Below, piece after piece: positions 49,548-61,762 of a DNA stretch of 64,000 bases. The stretch comes from Candidatus Limnocylindria bacterium. Its GTDB lineage: Bacteria > Chloroflexota > Limnocylindria > P2-11E. Position numbers and translations under genes: made by a program. The stretch spans positions 66,675 to 130,674 of the forward strand of contig JBOGTG010000045.1 in assembly GCA_050692175.1 (NCBI GenBank), in the 5' to 3' direction. The notes beneath the pieces are model-generated. The model was not told the DNA's origin, ran no database searches, and saw nothing but the letters and a program-made list of their open reading frames with translations. Each line of letters starts with the position of its first letter. Position 1 is the stretch's first letter.

Positions 49548-51128
49548 TCACGGACGGGCCGGTGTCGGGGTCTTCACCGATTCGGCGGCGAATGCCGGGA
49601 CCGGACGCGTGAAGCCCTTCAGTACGAGCTCTCCGACCCCGGTCGTCTCCGCATCGGCCTCGACCGCCGCGTGAACCCGCTGGCTGAGGAAGATCTGGCC
49701 GGCCTTCGCCTCCGCGGAGAGACGCTGCGCGAGGATCACGACGTTGCCGACCGCGCCGTAGTCGTAGCGGCCCTCGAAGCCGATCCGGCCGAGCGTCGCG
49801 TAGCCGGTCGCGATGCCCACTCCGAACCCGAGCTCGTATCCCCGCTTCTGCCACGCGCCAGCCATCTCGTCGAAGCGCTCGCGCATCGCAAACGCCATGC
49901 GCACCGCCTGCAGCTCGTGACGCTCGACCGGCAGGGGATCGTTGAAGAAGACCATCATGCCGTCCCCTGCGAAGTGCTCGAGCGTCCCCTGGTGGCTGAC
50001 GATCTGCTCGCCCATGGCGCGGTGGTAATCGCGGAGCACACCCAGGACCTCCTCGGGCTCGGCCGTCTCGGCGAACTGGGTGAAGCCGCGCAGATCGCAA
50101 AAGACCACGGTGATCGGACGACGGTGGCCCTCGAGCATCTTCGCGCCATGCTCGCTCGTGATGAGCGCGGCGACCTGCGGAGAGAGGAAGCGCGACAGCT
50201 CCGCGCGCTGCCGTTCGACGGTCTCGAAGAGATCCACGTTCGCGATGGCGATCGCGGCCTGGTCGGCGAACGTGCGCACGAGATCGATCTCTTCGTCGCT
50301 GAACTGCCGCACCTCTGGGCGGGTGAGGGCTATCACTCCCAGCACTTTCTCGTCGCGGATCAGCGGCACAGCGAGGAGTGTCCGCGTCGGGCCACGACGG
50401 GCGAGTTCGGCAGCCCGGCCACTCGCACCGCGGTAGTACTCGGCAGTGTCGGCAACCTGTATCGGCCGCTTCTCGAGGTGCGCCCGCCCGACTATAGTGT
50501 CCGGTCCGATGGGCATCGGACCGTCTTCCATGATTGGCCTGACGAGATCCGCGGCCACCTCCGAAGCGACGGCGAGCGCGTACGTGTCACCGACAGTTCG
50601 CCAGATGATCACGTCGCGCGCCTCGCAGAGGCGAGCGGCGTGCTTGGCGACTGTTTCGAGGACAGGCTCAAGGCGGAACCCTGACGAGCTGATCGTCCGG
50701 AGAACGTCGCTGATCGCGGTCTGGCGATCGAGCGCGTGTTCAAGACCGTCGTGGTACCGCTTGATTCGCAGGAGCGAGCGCATGCGGACCGAGAGCTCAT
50801 GCTGAAGGACCGGTTTCTGCACAAAGTCGTCGGCGCCTGACTCGAGGGCGCGCGCCTTGTCCTGCTCGATGCTGGCCGTCATAAGGACGATCGGCAGATA
50901 GCGCGTCTCATCGTTCGCGCGTACGCGCCGGCACAGCTCGTAGCCGTCCATCCCCGGCATCAAGATGTCCACGAGGAGCAGATCCGGGTGCCGGTCCGAT
51001 ATGACGCGTAACGCCTCATCACCGGACGTCGACGTGAGCACCTCGTAGCCGTCCGTCGCGAGGAGGGCCTCGAGCAGCCGCAGGTTCTGTGGGGTGTCGT
51101 CGACCGCGAGGATCTTTGCCGTGGTCAT
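49548..51128 (-). CDS. response regulator receiver - GAF - class III adenylate/guanylate cyclase
   Basis: ILAVDD...LLLVDILMPGMDG...LMTA...KP receiver; GAF with [12 protein letters not shown]; VVFCDLRGFT cyclase core. Confidence 0.85.
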   Translation of the reverse strand: MTTAKILAVDDTPQNLRLLEALLATDGYEVLTSTSGDEALRVISDRHPDLLLVDILMPGMDGYELCRRVRANDETRYLPIVLMTASIEQDKARALESGADDFVQKPVLQHELSVRMRSLLRIKRYHDGLEHALDRQTAISDVLRTISSSGFRLEPVLETVAKHAARLCEARDVIIWRTVGDTYALAVASEVAADLVRPIMEDGPMPIGPDTIVGRAHLEKRPIQVADTAEYYRGASGRAAELARRGPTRTLLAVPLIRDEKVLGVIALTRPEVRQFSDEEIDLVRTFADQAAIAIANVDLFETVERQRAELSRFLSPQVAALITSEHGAKMLEGHRRPITVVFCDLRGFTQFAETAEPEEVLGVLRDYHRAMGEQIVSHQGTLEHFAGDGMMVFFNDPLPVERHELQAVRMAFAMRERFDEMAGAWQKRGYELGFGVGIATGYATLGRIGFEGRYDYGAVGNVVILAQRLSAEAKAGQIFLSQRVHAAVEADAETTGVGELVLKGFTRPVPAFAAESVKTPTPARP

Positions 51129-51511
51129 GCCACGCGACCGCGCGTGCAGAAGCCGCGCACATCAGCCGCGAACGTCTTCACGTCGATGGGCTTCTGCATG
51201 AATCCGTCGAATCCCGCCGCGTCGAATCGCTCGCGGTCGGACTTCATCACCGACGCGGTGAGCGCGACGATGGGTATCGATGCCGTCCGTTCGTCCTCGC
51301 GCAGACCGCGAAGAGCGCTGATCCCGTCCATTCCCGGGAGCTGGATGTCCATGAGCACAAGGTCCGGCCGTTCGCGGCGCGCGATGGCGATCCCGTCCTC
51401 GGCGTTGACGGCCTCGAGCGTTCGAAAGCCGGCGAACTGGAGCAGGTCGCGCGCGAGCTTCAGGTTCTTGTCGTTGTCCTCGACGATGAGGACGAGCTCG
51501 CCGCCGCTCAC
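51125..51511 (-). CDS. single-domain CheY-like response regulator
   Basis: LIVEDN...[13 protein letters not shown]...LTA...KP. Confidence 0.85.
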   Translation of the reverse strand: MSGGELVLIVEDNDKNLKLARDLLQFAGFRTLEAVNAEDGIAIARRERPDLVLMDIQLPGMDGISALRGLREDERTASIPIVALTASVMKSDRERFDAAGFDGFMQKPIDVKTFAADVRGFCTRGRVA

Positions 51512-54500
51512 GCGGACACCGGCTGGGCAGCGTGCGTCCGGACAGGAAGTGTGAACGTGAAGGTGCTGCCCTTGCCCGGCTCGCTCTGAACCCAGATCCG
51601 ACCGCCATGAAGCTCCACGAAGCGCTTAGCGAGCGAAAGCCCGAGCCCGGTGCCTTCGCGCGAACGTTCGCTCTGCCGACGGGCCTGCTGGAACTCCTCG
51701 AAGATGCGCCCCTGATCGTCCGGCGCGATCCCGATACCCGTATCCCTCACCGTTACGACAATGTCGCCGTTCGCCCGGGCGGCGGTCACGTCGACGCGTC
51801 CGCCGTCAGGCGTGAACTTTACGGCGTTCGAGAGCAGGTTGAAGAGGACCTGCTTCACCTTCCGCGCGTCCGCTTCGACCAGGTCGACGCCGGGTGCGAC
51901 CTCGAGCGAGAGCGCGATCCCGTGCCGGACCGCGCGCTCGCGCACCATCGTGACGCCATTCTGCAGCGCCTCGACGAGCGAGAACGTGTCTACGTCGAGC
52001 TCCATTCGACCGGCCTCGATCTTCGAGAGGTCGAGGATGTCGTTTATGAGGCCGAGCAGATGGCGGCCGGACGTGAGCACGTCGTCCAGGTATTCGGCTT
52101 GCTTCGGGTTGAGCGGACCGAACATCTGCTGGAGGAGAACCTCCGAGAAGCCGATGATTGCGTTGAGCGGCGTCCGCAGTTCGTGCGACATCGTCGCCAG
52201 GAACTCGCTCTTGTGCCGGCTGGCGATCTCGAGCTGCTGGCTCTTGTCCTCGATCTCCTTGAAGAGCTTGACGTTCTGGATGGCGATCGCCGCCTGATCC
52301 GCGAACGTCTCGACAAGCTGGACCTCGCGCTGTGTGAACGACCGGACGGTCACCCGCGTGAGCACGATGACTCCAAGGGGCTCGTCTCCCTGAATCATCG
52401 GAACTGCCAGGACCGTCCGGGACCCGGTGATGCGCACCGCCCTCGAAGCGGCAAGCAGATCCGGCTGCGCTGTGATGTCGGGGATATGCATCGTTCTCTT
52501 CTCGCGGAAGGCGAGCCCCAGAACGCTCGGCCGAATTTGGTCACGAGGGGGCAGCGGTGCGCCCCCCAGCGAATCGAAGCGCCTCCGCAGCTCGTCGGTC
52601 CGCGCCCAGCGCGCGGGTATGTCTCGGAGGCCTCCCAGTCCTTCCAGGGTCTGTATCCAGCCGGTCCAGCCAAGATCGGCGTCGCACAGCCGCGCCGCGC
52701 TCTCGGTAACCGTCTCGAGGATCGGCTTCAGGTCAAAGGCCGAGCCGCTGATGACTTTTAGCACCTCGCTTATCGCCGTCTGCTGATCGAGCGCTTCCTT
52801 CGTCGCGTTGAAGAGGCGCACGTTCTCGATGGCGATCACGGCCTGGTCCGCGAAGGTCTCGACGAGCTGGATCTCTTTCTTGGTGAACGGTTTGACCTCC
52901 GTCCGCCACATCGCGATCGCACCCACGGCCGTTGCCTGGCGGACGAGCGGCACGGTCAGGAGCGTGCGGAAGTTGCCGAGCCTCTGTGCCTCCCAGTACC
53001 TGTACTCGGGGTCGGCGAATACATCAGGGATGTGGACGGTGCGCGCTTCGCTGAACGCGCGCCCGGTCGAGGTGCCGCGGTCGTCCGCGCGGATCGGGTT
53101 CGTGCGCTGCCACTCGCGCATGAGCTCGGCCTTCTCGCCAACAGCCGCGGTCATACGGAGGACATCGCCGTCAATCTGGTAGACGAATCCGTTCTCCGCT
53201 CCGGCGAGCCGCGTCGCGTTCGCGATGACCGCGTCGAGCACGGGCTGAAGCTCGAATGTGCTTTGCGCGGTCACGCGGAGGACCTCGGACGTGGCGGTCT
53301 CGCGTTCGAGCGCCTCTTTCGTTTCGTTGAAGAGCCGCACATTTTCCATCGCGATCACGGCCTGATCCGCGAACGTGGTCAGGAGCTCGATCTGCCGGTC
53401 GCTGAAGGGCCTAACCTCGCGCCGCATTACCGAGATGACTCCAATTGGCTCGCCCTCCCGAATCAACGGGACGCCCAGCACCGTGCGGAACCCTCCAACG
53501 CGTTGCACGTCTTTGAGCTCGTAATCCGGATCGGTGAGCGAGTCCAATATCTGCACCGGCCGCCGCTCGAGGAGAGTGCGTCCCGCCAGCGTCCCCCGTG
53601 ACGGCGTATAGCCCTCGGCCATCGCGTCGTGCAGCGCCCGGCGGTACGCTTCGGAGCTGACGCCGAAGTGAGCAACGTCCCGGAATATCCCTCCATCGCG
53701 CGCAATCAGATCGGTGCAGTCCGCGTCCGTAAGCCGCCCCGCGGTCTCGACAAGCATGTCCATGATTGGCTGAAGCTCGAACGGCGCCCGACTGATCGAC
53801 TTCAGCACGTCGGATGTCGCCGTCTGACGCTCGAGCGACTCTTTCGTCTCGTTGAAGAGGCGAACGTTGTCCATCGCGATCGCGGCTTGGTCGGCGAACG
53901 TCTCCGCGATGCGGATCTGATCAGCGGTGAACGCGCGCACGACGCGGCGGCGAACGATCAGTACCCCGATCAGATCGCCGCGAAGATGCAGCGGCACGCC
54001 GAGCATCGTGCAAGCGGGACCGAAGTATCCGGTCAGGTCGTACTCAGGGTCTGACCCGATGTCTTCGATCTGGACCGTCCGGCGTTCGAGGAGCACGCGG
54101 CCGGTGAGGCTCCGACGGCTGGGGTCGAGAGGACCCTCTACGGTGCCATCAGACTCCGGCTCGGTCGTCACGAGGCCACGCGCCATCGATCCCTCGATAC
54201 CCAGGATCGACCCGTTCGCCGCGTCGGTGAGCCGGACTGCGTTCTCGATGATCGTGGTCAGCACGAGGTCGAGGTCGAAAGCTGATCGGCTGATCGCGCC
54301 CAGGACCGACGCGATCGCTGTTTGTTGCTCGAGCGACTCCCTCGTCTCGTTGAAGAGGCGCACGTTCTCGATCGCGATCGACGCCTGGTCGGCGAAAGTC
54401 TCGACGAGATGGATCTCCTCGGGCGTGAATGGCTTTGGCTCCCCGCGCCTCAGGATGAGCACGCCGACGATTTCGTCGCCACGGGTCAGGGGGACTCCGA

Positions 54501-55428
54501 TGACCGATCGGACGTTGAAGAGACCGGCACCGACGTCGTATTCGGGATCGGCCAGGACGTCGACGATCGCGGTCGTCCGCCTGTCCATGAGAACGCGGCC
54601 CGTGAGACTGCGCCGGTCGGGCTCGATCGGCTGGTTGCCCCAGTTCCGCTCCAGGCCTTCTCGGTCGAAATCACCGACGTTCGCGACCAGCCGCCAGCCG
54701 TCGCCTTCGAGCCGGGCGATGGATCCGTTGTCCGCGGCGCACACCCGGACCGCATTCACGGCCACGCTCTCGAGGACCCGCTCGAGATCGAAGACCGACC
54801 GGCTCATCTCCTTGAGGACCTCCGAAATCGCCGTCTGGCGTTCGAGAGCGTCGTTCGTGCCTTTGATCAGGCGGGCGTTTTCGACGGCGACGACGGCCTG
54901 ATCGGCGAAGGCCCGCACCAGCCCGATCTCGCGGTCCGAGAATGGTCTGACGATGTTGCGCGTCAGGACGAACACACCTGCGACGACCTCGCCGCGGAGG
55001 AGCGGGACGCCGAGCATCGTGCGGTATCCGCCGAGGCGCTGGAGGACATTCGCTGCGTACTCGGGGTCGGTGAGGACGTCGGGAATGTGGATCACCGCGC
55101 GCTCCAAGGCGGTGCGACCGATGAGCGTTTCGCGTCCTGGCTTGCGCGTCGTGTCGTAGGCGACCCGCTTGTACTCCTCGTTCGTGGGTCCCCAGAATGC
55201 GGCCGTACGGTACACGTCGCCGTCGAGCAGGTGGATCGAGGCCCGCTCCGCGCCGCACAAACGCGCCGCGCGGTCGAGGACGGTTTCCAGGACCGTGGCA
55301 AGCTCGCCCGGAGTGCGCCGCATGACGCCCAGCACCTCGGCGAGCGCGGCTTCGCGCGCCCGCGATTCAGCGAGCTCCCGCTCGAGGTCCGCCGCTCCGC
55401 CCAACTCCTCGCCTCCGAGTGCCGCCAT
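51508..55428 (-). CDS. sensor histidine kinase with six tandem GAF domains + HisKA + HATPase_c
   Basis: Six FADQA(A/V)(I/V)A(I/M)(E/D)[10 protein letters not shown](S/A)LE.QTA.S.VL linker repeats; H-box [10 protein letters not shown]; N, G1, G2 boxes (GTGLGLSL). Confidence 0.9.
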   Translation of the reverse strand: MAALGGEELGGAADLERELAESRAREAALAEVLGVMRRTPGELATVLETVLDRAARLCGAERASIHLLDGDVYRTAAFWGPTNEEYKRVAYDTTRKPGRETLIGRTALERAVIHIPDVLTDPEYAANVLQRLGGYRTMLGVPLLRGEVVAGVFVLTRNIVRPFSDREIGLVRAFADQAVVAVENARLIKGTNDALERQTAISEVLKEMSRSVFDLERVLESVAVNAVRVCAADNGSIARLEGDGWRLVANVGDFDREGLERNWGNQPIEPDRRSLTGRVLMDRRTTAIVDVLADPEYDVGAGLFNVRSVIGVPLTRGDEIVGVLILRRGEPKPFTPEEIHLVETFADQASIAIENVRLFNETRESLEQQTAIASVLGAISRSAFDLDLVLTTIIENAVRLTDAANGSILGIEGSMARGLVTTEPESDGTVEGPLDPSRRSLTGRVLLERRTVQIEDIGSDPEYDLTGYFGPACTMLGVPLHLRGDLIGVLIVRRRVVRAFTADQIRIAETFADQAAIAMDNVRLFNETKESLERQTATSDVLKSISRAPFELQPIMDMLVETAGRLTDADCTDLIARDGGIFRDVAHFGVSSEAYRRALHDAMAEGYTPSRGTLAGRTLLERRPVQILDSLTDPDYELKDVQRVGGFRTVLGVPLIREGEPIGVISVMRREVRPFSDRQIELLTTFADQAVIAMENVRLFNETKEALERETATSEVLRVTAQSTFELQPVLDAVIANATRLAGAENGFVYQIDGDVLRMTAAVGEKAELMREWQRTNPIRADDRGTSTGRAFSEARTVHIPDVFADPEYRYWEAQRLGNFRTLLTVPLVRQATAVGAIAMWRTEVKPFTKKEIQLVETFADQAVIAIENVRLFNATKEALDQQTAISEVLKVISGSAFDLKPILETVTESAARLCDADLGWTGWIQTLEGLGGLRDIPARWARTDELRRRFDSLGGAPLPPRDQIRPSVLGLAFREKRTMHIPDITAQPDLLAASRAVRITGSRTVLAVPMIQGDEPLGVIVLTRVTVRSFTQREVQLVETFADQAAIAIQNVKLFKEIEDKSQQLEIASRHKSEFLATMSHELRTPLNAIIGFSEVLLQQMFGPLNPKQAEYLDDVLTSGRHLLGLINDILDLSKIEAGRMELDVDTFSLVEALQNGVTMVRERAVRHGIALSLEVAPGVDLVEADARKVKQVLFNLLSNAVKFTPDGGRVDVTAARANGDIVVTVRDTGIGIAPDDQGRIFEEFQQARRQSERSREGTGLGLSLAKRFVELHGGRIWVQSEPGKGSTFTFTLPVRTHAAQPVSA

Positions 55429-55469
55429 CCTAGTGACCGCCTTGCGAACACGGAAGTGATAATCCCGGC

Positions 55470-56314
<845 letters not shown>

Positions 56315-56318
<4 letters not shown>

Positions 56319-56782
56319 GGATCAAGCTCATCGTGAACGGCGACGAGCGCGAGGCCGAGGCGGCGGATCACGAGAGCCTGCTCACCGTCCTGCGCGAGAG
56401 CCTCGGTCTCACCGGCAGCAAGAACGCGTGCGAGCAGGGCGAGTGCGGGTCGTGCTCCGTGCTCATGGACGGCGAGCTCGTCTGCGCGTGTCTGGTGCTC
56501 GGCGCCGCGGCCGCGGGACGGAAGGTCCAGACCGTCGAGTCGCTCTCCGACGGCGACCAGCTCCATCCGGTGCAGCGCGCGTTCGTCGACGCGGGCGCCG
56601 TGCAATGCGGCTTCTGCACGCCGGGCCTCGTCGTCGCGACGTACGCGCTCCTCAAACGGAACCCCGAGCCGAGTGATCAGGAGGTACGTGAGGCGCTCTC
56701 CGGCAACATCTGCCGCTGCACCGGATACGGCAAGGTCCTCGAGGCGGTGCAGCGCGCATCAGCAGCGATGTACCGACGATGA
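56315..56782 (+). CDS. xanthine dehydrogenase family [2Fe-2S] subunit
   Basis: CEQGECGSCSV and CGFCTPG...CRCTGY iron-sulfur motifs; GTGA overlap. Confidence 0.9.
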
Positions 56783-59061
56783 GCATCGCCCCTGTTCGCC
56801 CGAAGATCCGCGGCGGTGTCGGCGAGTCGATCGAACGGCCCGACAGCGCGCCCAAAGTGAAGGGCGAATTCCAGTACGGCAGCGATCTGCGTCGCGAGGG
56901 CATGCTCTTCGGCGCGACGCTCCGCAGCCCCCACGCGCACGCGCGGATCCTCGGGATCGATACGGCCACCGCGAAGAAGATGAGCGGAGTCAAGGCGATC
57001 ATCACCGCGGCCGAGCTCCCGACGCGAGAGCTCTTCGGGCTCATGAAGCTGGATCAGCCGGTCCTCGCGAGCGGAAAAGTCCGTTACGTGGGCGAGCCAG
57101 TAGCCATCGTCGCGGCCGAGACGGCCGAGGAGGCACGCGTTGCGGCGCGCGCGATCGCGGTGCGGTACGAGCCGCTTGCGCCGATCACGGATCCGGTCGC
57201 GGCGCTGCAGCCGGACGCGACGTGGCTCCACCACAAGGGGAACGTGATCGAGGACGTTCTCGTCGAGCACGGCGATCCGGACGCCAGCGCGGAGGTTGTC
57301 GTCGAAGCTGAGTACGAGCTTGGCATGCAGGATCAAGCCGCGCTCGGACCGGAGGCGGGCCTCGCCATCCCGCGCCAGGACGGCGGCGTCGAGCTCCATG
57401 TCGCGACGCAGTGGCTGCACGAGGATCTGCGTCAGATCGCGCCCTGCCTCGGGCTGCCCGAATCGAAGGTGCACCTCGTCCTCGCGGGGGTCGGCGGCGC
57501 GTTCGGCGCACGAGAGGACGTGACTCTGCAGATCCACACCTGTCTGCTCGCGCTCGCCACGAAACGCCCGGTGCGGATGACGTACGGACGCGAGGAGTCC
57601 TTTTACGGGCACGTCCATCGCCACCCGGCGAAGCTCTGGTACAGCCACGGAGCGAAGAAGAACGGCGAGCTCGTGTTCGTGCGCGCGACGATCGTGCTCG
57701 ACGGCGGAGCGTACGCATCGTCGAGCCCCGCAGTCGTCGCGAACGCCGCGTGCTTCGGAGCCGGACCCTACCGCGTTCCCAACGCGCGCATCCACGCTGT
57801 CGGCGCGTACACGAATAACCCGCCGACGGGCGCGATGCGCGGCTTCGGCGCGGTCCAGTCGTGCTTCGCCTACGAATCCCAGATGGACCGGCTCGCCGCT
57901 GCGCTCGAGATGGATCCGGTCGTGCTGCGCGAGCGGAATGCCTTACGGAATGGCGACGCGATCGTGACGAGCCAGCCGGTCGAGGGGAGCGCTCCCGTCG
58001 CGGAGATCATCCGTCGCTGCGCCGACGTGGCGATGCCAGATGCAGAGATACCGCACGACCCGGTCGCACTTCCGGGTGGCCTTGGGAACCTCACCCACGG
58101 CGAAGGGGTGCGGCGCGGTGTCGGTTACGCCGCCGGAATGAAGAACGTGTGCTACTCGCACGGGTTCGACGACTTCTCGACGGCTCGGGTGCGGCTCGCG
58201 CGCGATGCGCGCGGACCGATCGCGCGCGTGCACACCGCCGCCGCCGAGGTGGGGCAGGGGATCGTGACGGTCTGCGCGCAGATCGCGCGCACCGAGCTCG
58301 GGGTGGAGCGCGTCGAGGTCGATCGGCCCGACACCACGATCGGCTCCGCCGGATCCTCCTCGGCGTCACGGCAGACCTGGATGACCGGCGGCGCGGTCCT
58401 CGCGGCATGCCGTGAGGTGAAGGCTGAGCTCCTCGCGCGCGCGCGCAAGCTGGGACGGTCGCCGGATGACCTGGGCGCCCTTCTGGACGAGCCAATCGAT
58501 CGGACGGTCAGGCACCGTCATCGAGACACCGAAGCGCGTAACCCGACGACGCAGAACCAGGGCCATGTCGCGTTCCTCTTTGCGGCGCACCGCGCGGTCG
58601 TAGACGTCGATGTGGACACCGGCCTGGTGAGGGTCGTTCAGATCGCGACGGCGCAGGACGTCGGCAAGGCGATAAACCCGGTGGCAGTCGTCGGTCAGAT
58701 CGAAGGCGGCATTGCGCAGGGCCTTGGGCTCGCCGTGATGGAGGAGGTGCAGCTCCGCGACGGGCTCGTGCGCAACGCGTCGTTCACCGACTACCTGCTG
58801 CCGACCACGCTCGATATGCCGCCCGTCGTCACCGAGCTCATCGAGCATCCGCATCCCGACGCGCCGTACGGCGCCAAGGGGGTCGGCGAGCCGCCGACCA
58901 TCTCGAGCACACCCGCGATCGTCGCCGCGATCCGGGCCGCGACCGGGAAGGAGCTGAATCGCGTCCCCGTGCGCCCCGACGACATCGTTTTCGGTGAGCC
59001 GTACCGCTCCGGCTGGCGGATAACCCCGGGCAACGATCCAGGTGGTGCGGTGTCTGCGTAG
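56779..59061 (+). CDS. xanthine dehydrogenase family molybdopterin-binding large subunit
   Basis: 760 aa, GGAFG...R motif region, aldehyde-oxidase/XDH a/b hammerhead; purine-catabolic context. Confidence 0.9.
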   Translation: MSIAPVRPKIRGGVGESIERPDSAPKVKGEFQYGSDLRREGMLFGATLRSPHAHARILGIDTATAKKMSGVKAIITAAELPTRELFGLMKLDQPVLASGKVRYVGEPVAIVAAETAEEARVAARAIAVRYEPLAPITDPVAALQPDATWLHHKGNVIEDVLVEHGDPDASAEVVVEAEYELGMQDQAALGPEAGLAIPRQDGGVELHVATQWLHEDLRQIAPCLGLPESKVHLVLAGVGGAFGAREDVTLQIHTCLLALATKRPVRMTYGREESFYGHVHRHPAKLWYSHGAKKNGELVFVRATIVLDGGAYASSSPAVVANAACFGAGPYRVPNARIHAVGAYTNNPPTGAMRGFGAVQSCFAYESQMDRLAAALEMDPVVLRERNALRNGDAIVTSQPVEGSAPVAEIIRRCADVAMPDAEIPHDPVALPGGLGNLTHGEGVRRGVGYAAGMKNVCYSHGFDDFSTARVRLARDARGPIARVHTAAAEVGQGIVTVCAQIARTELGVERVEVDRPDTTIGSAGSSSASRQTWMTGGAVLAACREVKAELLARARKLGRSPDDLGALLDEPIDRTVRHRHRDTEARNPTTQNQGHVAFLFAAHRAVVDVDVDTGLVRVVQIATAQDVGKAINPVAVVGQIEGGIAQGLGLAVMEEVQLRDGLVRNASFTDYLLPTTLDMPPVVTELIEHPHPDAPYGAKGVGEPPTISSTPAIVAAIRAATGKELNRVPVRPDDIVFGEPYRSGWRITPGNDPGGAVSA

Positions 59062-59065
59062 AGCG

Positions 59066-60526
59066 ATGCCCTCCTCTCCGCCCGACGACGCGCGCCGCAT
59101 CTTTAGCGGGATCGGGGCCACGTACGAGAGCGCGGGAGCGCTGCTCTCGTTCGGCCAGGACGCCAGGTGGCGTGCGCGCCTCGTTCAGTCTGTGCGGGCC
59201 CTTCCCGATGACGTCGTGCTCGATGTCGCCACCGGCACCGGGCTCGTGGCTCGGGCACTACACGAACGCTACGGCTGCGAAGTCATCGGGCTCGATCGAA
59301 GCGCCGACATGCTGTCTGCCGCCGCCGCGCGCGACGGACACATTTCTCTCGTGCGTGGTCGCGCTGAATCGCTGCCGTTTCCTGACGAGTCCTTCGATCA
59401 TCTGACGTTCACTTATCTCCTGCGCTACGTCGACGATCCGGCCACGACGCTGCGCGAGCTCGCGCGGGTGGTGCGCCCCGGGGGTCGTATCGTCGGACTC
59501 GATTTCGGGGTGCCCGCGAGTCCTGTTCTCAGAGCGCTGTGGCGGGTGTACACCACGGTTGGATTGCCGTTGATCGGTCGTGTCGTCTCTGAACAATGGG
59601 CGAGCGTCGGCGCCTTTCTGCGGGGCAGCATCGAGCGCTTCGATCGCGATCACGGACGAAGCGATGTCGAGCGCTATTGGAAGGACGCGGGACTGACAGA
59701 TGTCCGCGTCGAACGGATGAGCTTCGGCGCGGGGGTTGTGACGACCGGTATGAAGGATGGTTCCACCGAGGAGGGGATTTCGGTGGCGCCATTCGGAAAG
59801 CAGCCCTCGGTCGCGCCGGCTTTCTACGCTCTTCAAGGAGGAGGATGGCGGGACTACTGGACCTTGCTCCATCCGCCTTACACGGCTTGGCACCTCTCCT
59901 ACGTGTTGCTGGGCGCGGCGTTGGCTCCGATACCCGATCCGCGGATCGTCGCCGGCTCACTTCTCGCCTTCTTTCTCGCGGTCGGCGTCGCATCGCATTC
60001 GTTCGATGAACTTCGAGGCCGCCCACTCGCCACGCGAATCCCAGCGTCCATCCTCCTCGTGCTCGGCTCGTTCGGCTTGGTGGGCGCGGTTGCCCTCGGC
60101 GTGATCGCCGCGTCGACGATCGGCCCGTGGTTCCTCGTTCTTGTCGGCATCGGCGCGGCCCTCGTCATCTCGTACGGGCTCGAATTGCCGATCGTCCACT
60201 CCGACCTTGGCTTTGCCGTCGCGTGGGGTGCCTTCCCGGTCATCGCGAGCGCTCTGGCGAACGGCGCACCACTGCTTCCGACGCTGGCCGCCGCGATCGG
60301 TGCGGCGCTCCTCTCGCTCGCGCAGCGGCGACTCTCGACGCCGGTGCGCCGCATCCGGCGCAAAGCCGCGGAGGTCGCCGGCGCCGTCCGCTATCGCGAC
60401 GGTACCGTGGAAGAGATCGATGCGGCGCGACTCATCGGGGCTCCTGAATCGGCGCTGCGTCTGCTGTGGCTCGCGATCGCCGCGCTCTCCATCGGAACGC
60501 TGCTCGCGCGTTGGACCCCAGGTTAG
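59066..60526 (+). CDS. fusion protein: class I SAM-dependent methyltransferase (UbiE/MenG-like) + C-terminal ~250-aa polytopic membrane domain of unknown function
   Basis: VLDVATGTGLVA SAM motif I, LRPGGRIV motif; then 6-7 hydrophobic helices (SHSFDELRGRPL...); single uninterrupted ORF. Confidence 0.6.
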   Translation: MPSSPPDDARRIFSGIGATYESAGALLSFGQDARWRARLVQSVRALPDDVVLDVATGTGLVARALHERYGCEVIGLDRSADMLSAAAARDGHISLVRGRAESLPFPDESFDHLTFTYLLRYVDDPATTLRELARVVRPGGRIVGLDFGVPASPVLRALWRVYTTVGLPLIGRVVSEQWASVGAFLRGSIERFDRDHGRSDVERYWKDAGLTDVRVERMSFGAGVVTTGMKDGSTEEGISVAPFGKQPSVAPAFYALQGGGWRDYWTLLHPPYTAWHLSYVLLGAALAPIPDPRIVAGSLLAFFLAVGVASHSFDELRGRPLATRIPASILLVLGSFGLVGAVALGVIAASTIGPWFLVLVGIGAALVISYGLELPIVHSDLGFAVAWGAFPVIASALANGAPLLPTLAAAIGAALLSLAQRRLSTPVRRIRRKAAEVAGAVRYRDGTVEEIDAARLIGAPESALRLLWLAIAALSIGTLLARWTPG

Positions 60527-60538
60527 AGTCGCGTCACT

Positions 60539-61642
60539 GTGATCCCGCTCGAGACCCTGCGCGCGGCGCCGAAAGTCCTGCTCCATGACCATCTTGACGG
60601 CGGACTGCGCCCGGCGACCGTCGTCGACCTCGCGCGCGACCAGGGCTATCACGATCTCCCGACGACGGACGCGGACGAGCTCGGAAAGTGGTTCCACGCG
60701 AGCGCCGCATCGGGGTCGCTATCGCTCTACCTGCGCGGATTCGCGCACACGATCGCGGTGATGCAGACGGAGGAAGCCCTCGAGCGCGTGGCGTACGAAT
60801 GTGGCGAGGATCTGGCGCGCGACGGGATCGTCTACGCCGAGGTTCGCTACGCGCCGGTATTTCACACCCGGCGCGGCCTCAACCTCGAGCAGATCGTCCA
60901 GAGCGTCGAACGCGGGTTCGAGCGCGCGGAGCGCGAGCACGGCATCACGCTCCGCCAGATCGTTTGCGCCATGCGCGACCGCACCGACTCGCTCGAAATG
61001 GCCGAGCTCGCGGTGGCAAATCGCGAACGAGGTGTCGTCGGTTTTGACATCGCCGGCGAAGAGGCTGGGCACCCTCCGAAGGTCCACATCGAAGCGTTCC
61101 AGCTCTGCCGCCGCGAGAATTTCTCCATCACGATCCATGCGGGCGAGGCCTTTGGGCCACCGTCGATCTGGCAGGCCCTGCAGTACTGCGGAGCGCACCG
61201 CATCGGACACGGAGTCCGGCTCGTCGAGGACATGGCCATCAGCGACGAGAAGGTCGTCAAACTGGGCCCTCTCGCGGCGTACGTCCGCGACAAACGGATT
61301 CCGCTCGAGCTCTGTCCGTCCTCGAACGTGGACACCGGGGCTGTACCGACGCTCGCGGAGCATCCGATTCGGCACTTCATCGCACAACGCTTTCGGGTGA
61401 CGGTGAACACCGACAACCGTCTGATGTCGCACGTGACGCTCTCCGACGAATTCCAGCGGCTATCACGTATCGCCGGCCTCACAATCGCAGACGTCGAACG
61501 CCTCTCGATCAACGCGATGAAGAGCGCTTTCGTTGGATACGACGATCGTGTCGCGATCATCTACGCGCGTATCAAGCCCGGCTACGCACGTCTTCGCGGC
61601 GAGCCCGCGCTCGCCGGATATCCACTTCCACCCACGGCCTGA
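60539..61642 (+). CDS. add: adenosine deaminase
   Basis: KVLLHDHLDG, ITIHAGE, SLNTDD-like SSNVDTG...VNTDNRLM metal-binding motifs. Confidence 0.9.
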   Translation: MIPLETLRAAPKVLLHDHLDGGLRPATVVDLARDQGYHDLPTTDADELGKWFHASAASGSLSLYLRGFAHTIAVMQTEEALERVAYECGEDLARDGIVYAEVRYAPVFHTRRGLNLEQIVQSVERGFERAEREHGITLRQIVCAMRDRTDSLEMAELAVANRERGVVGFDIAGEEAGHPPKVHIEAFQLCRRENFSITIHAGEAFGPPSIWQALQYCGAHRIGHGVRLVEDMAISDEKVVKLGPLAAYVRDKRIPLELCPSSNVDTGAVPTLAEHPIRHFIAQRFRVTVNTDNRLMSHVTLSDEFQRLSRIAGLTIADVERLSINAMKSAFVGYDDRVAIIYARIKPGYARLRGEPALAGYPLPPTA

Positions 61643-61762
61643 CGCGATCGTTGACCATCTATTGACGCGTCCTGCGACTGGCGCGATACGAATGGTGCTC
61701 GAGATCCACTCATCCTCACGACGTACTCACTTCGTACTGATCGGGCGTCGGACATACGGAAA

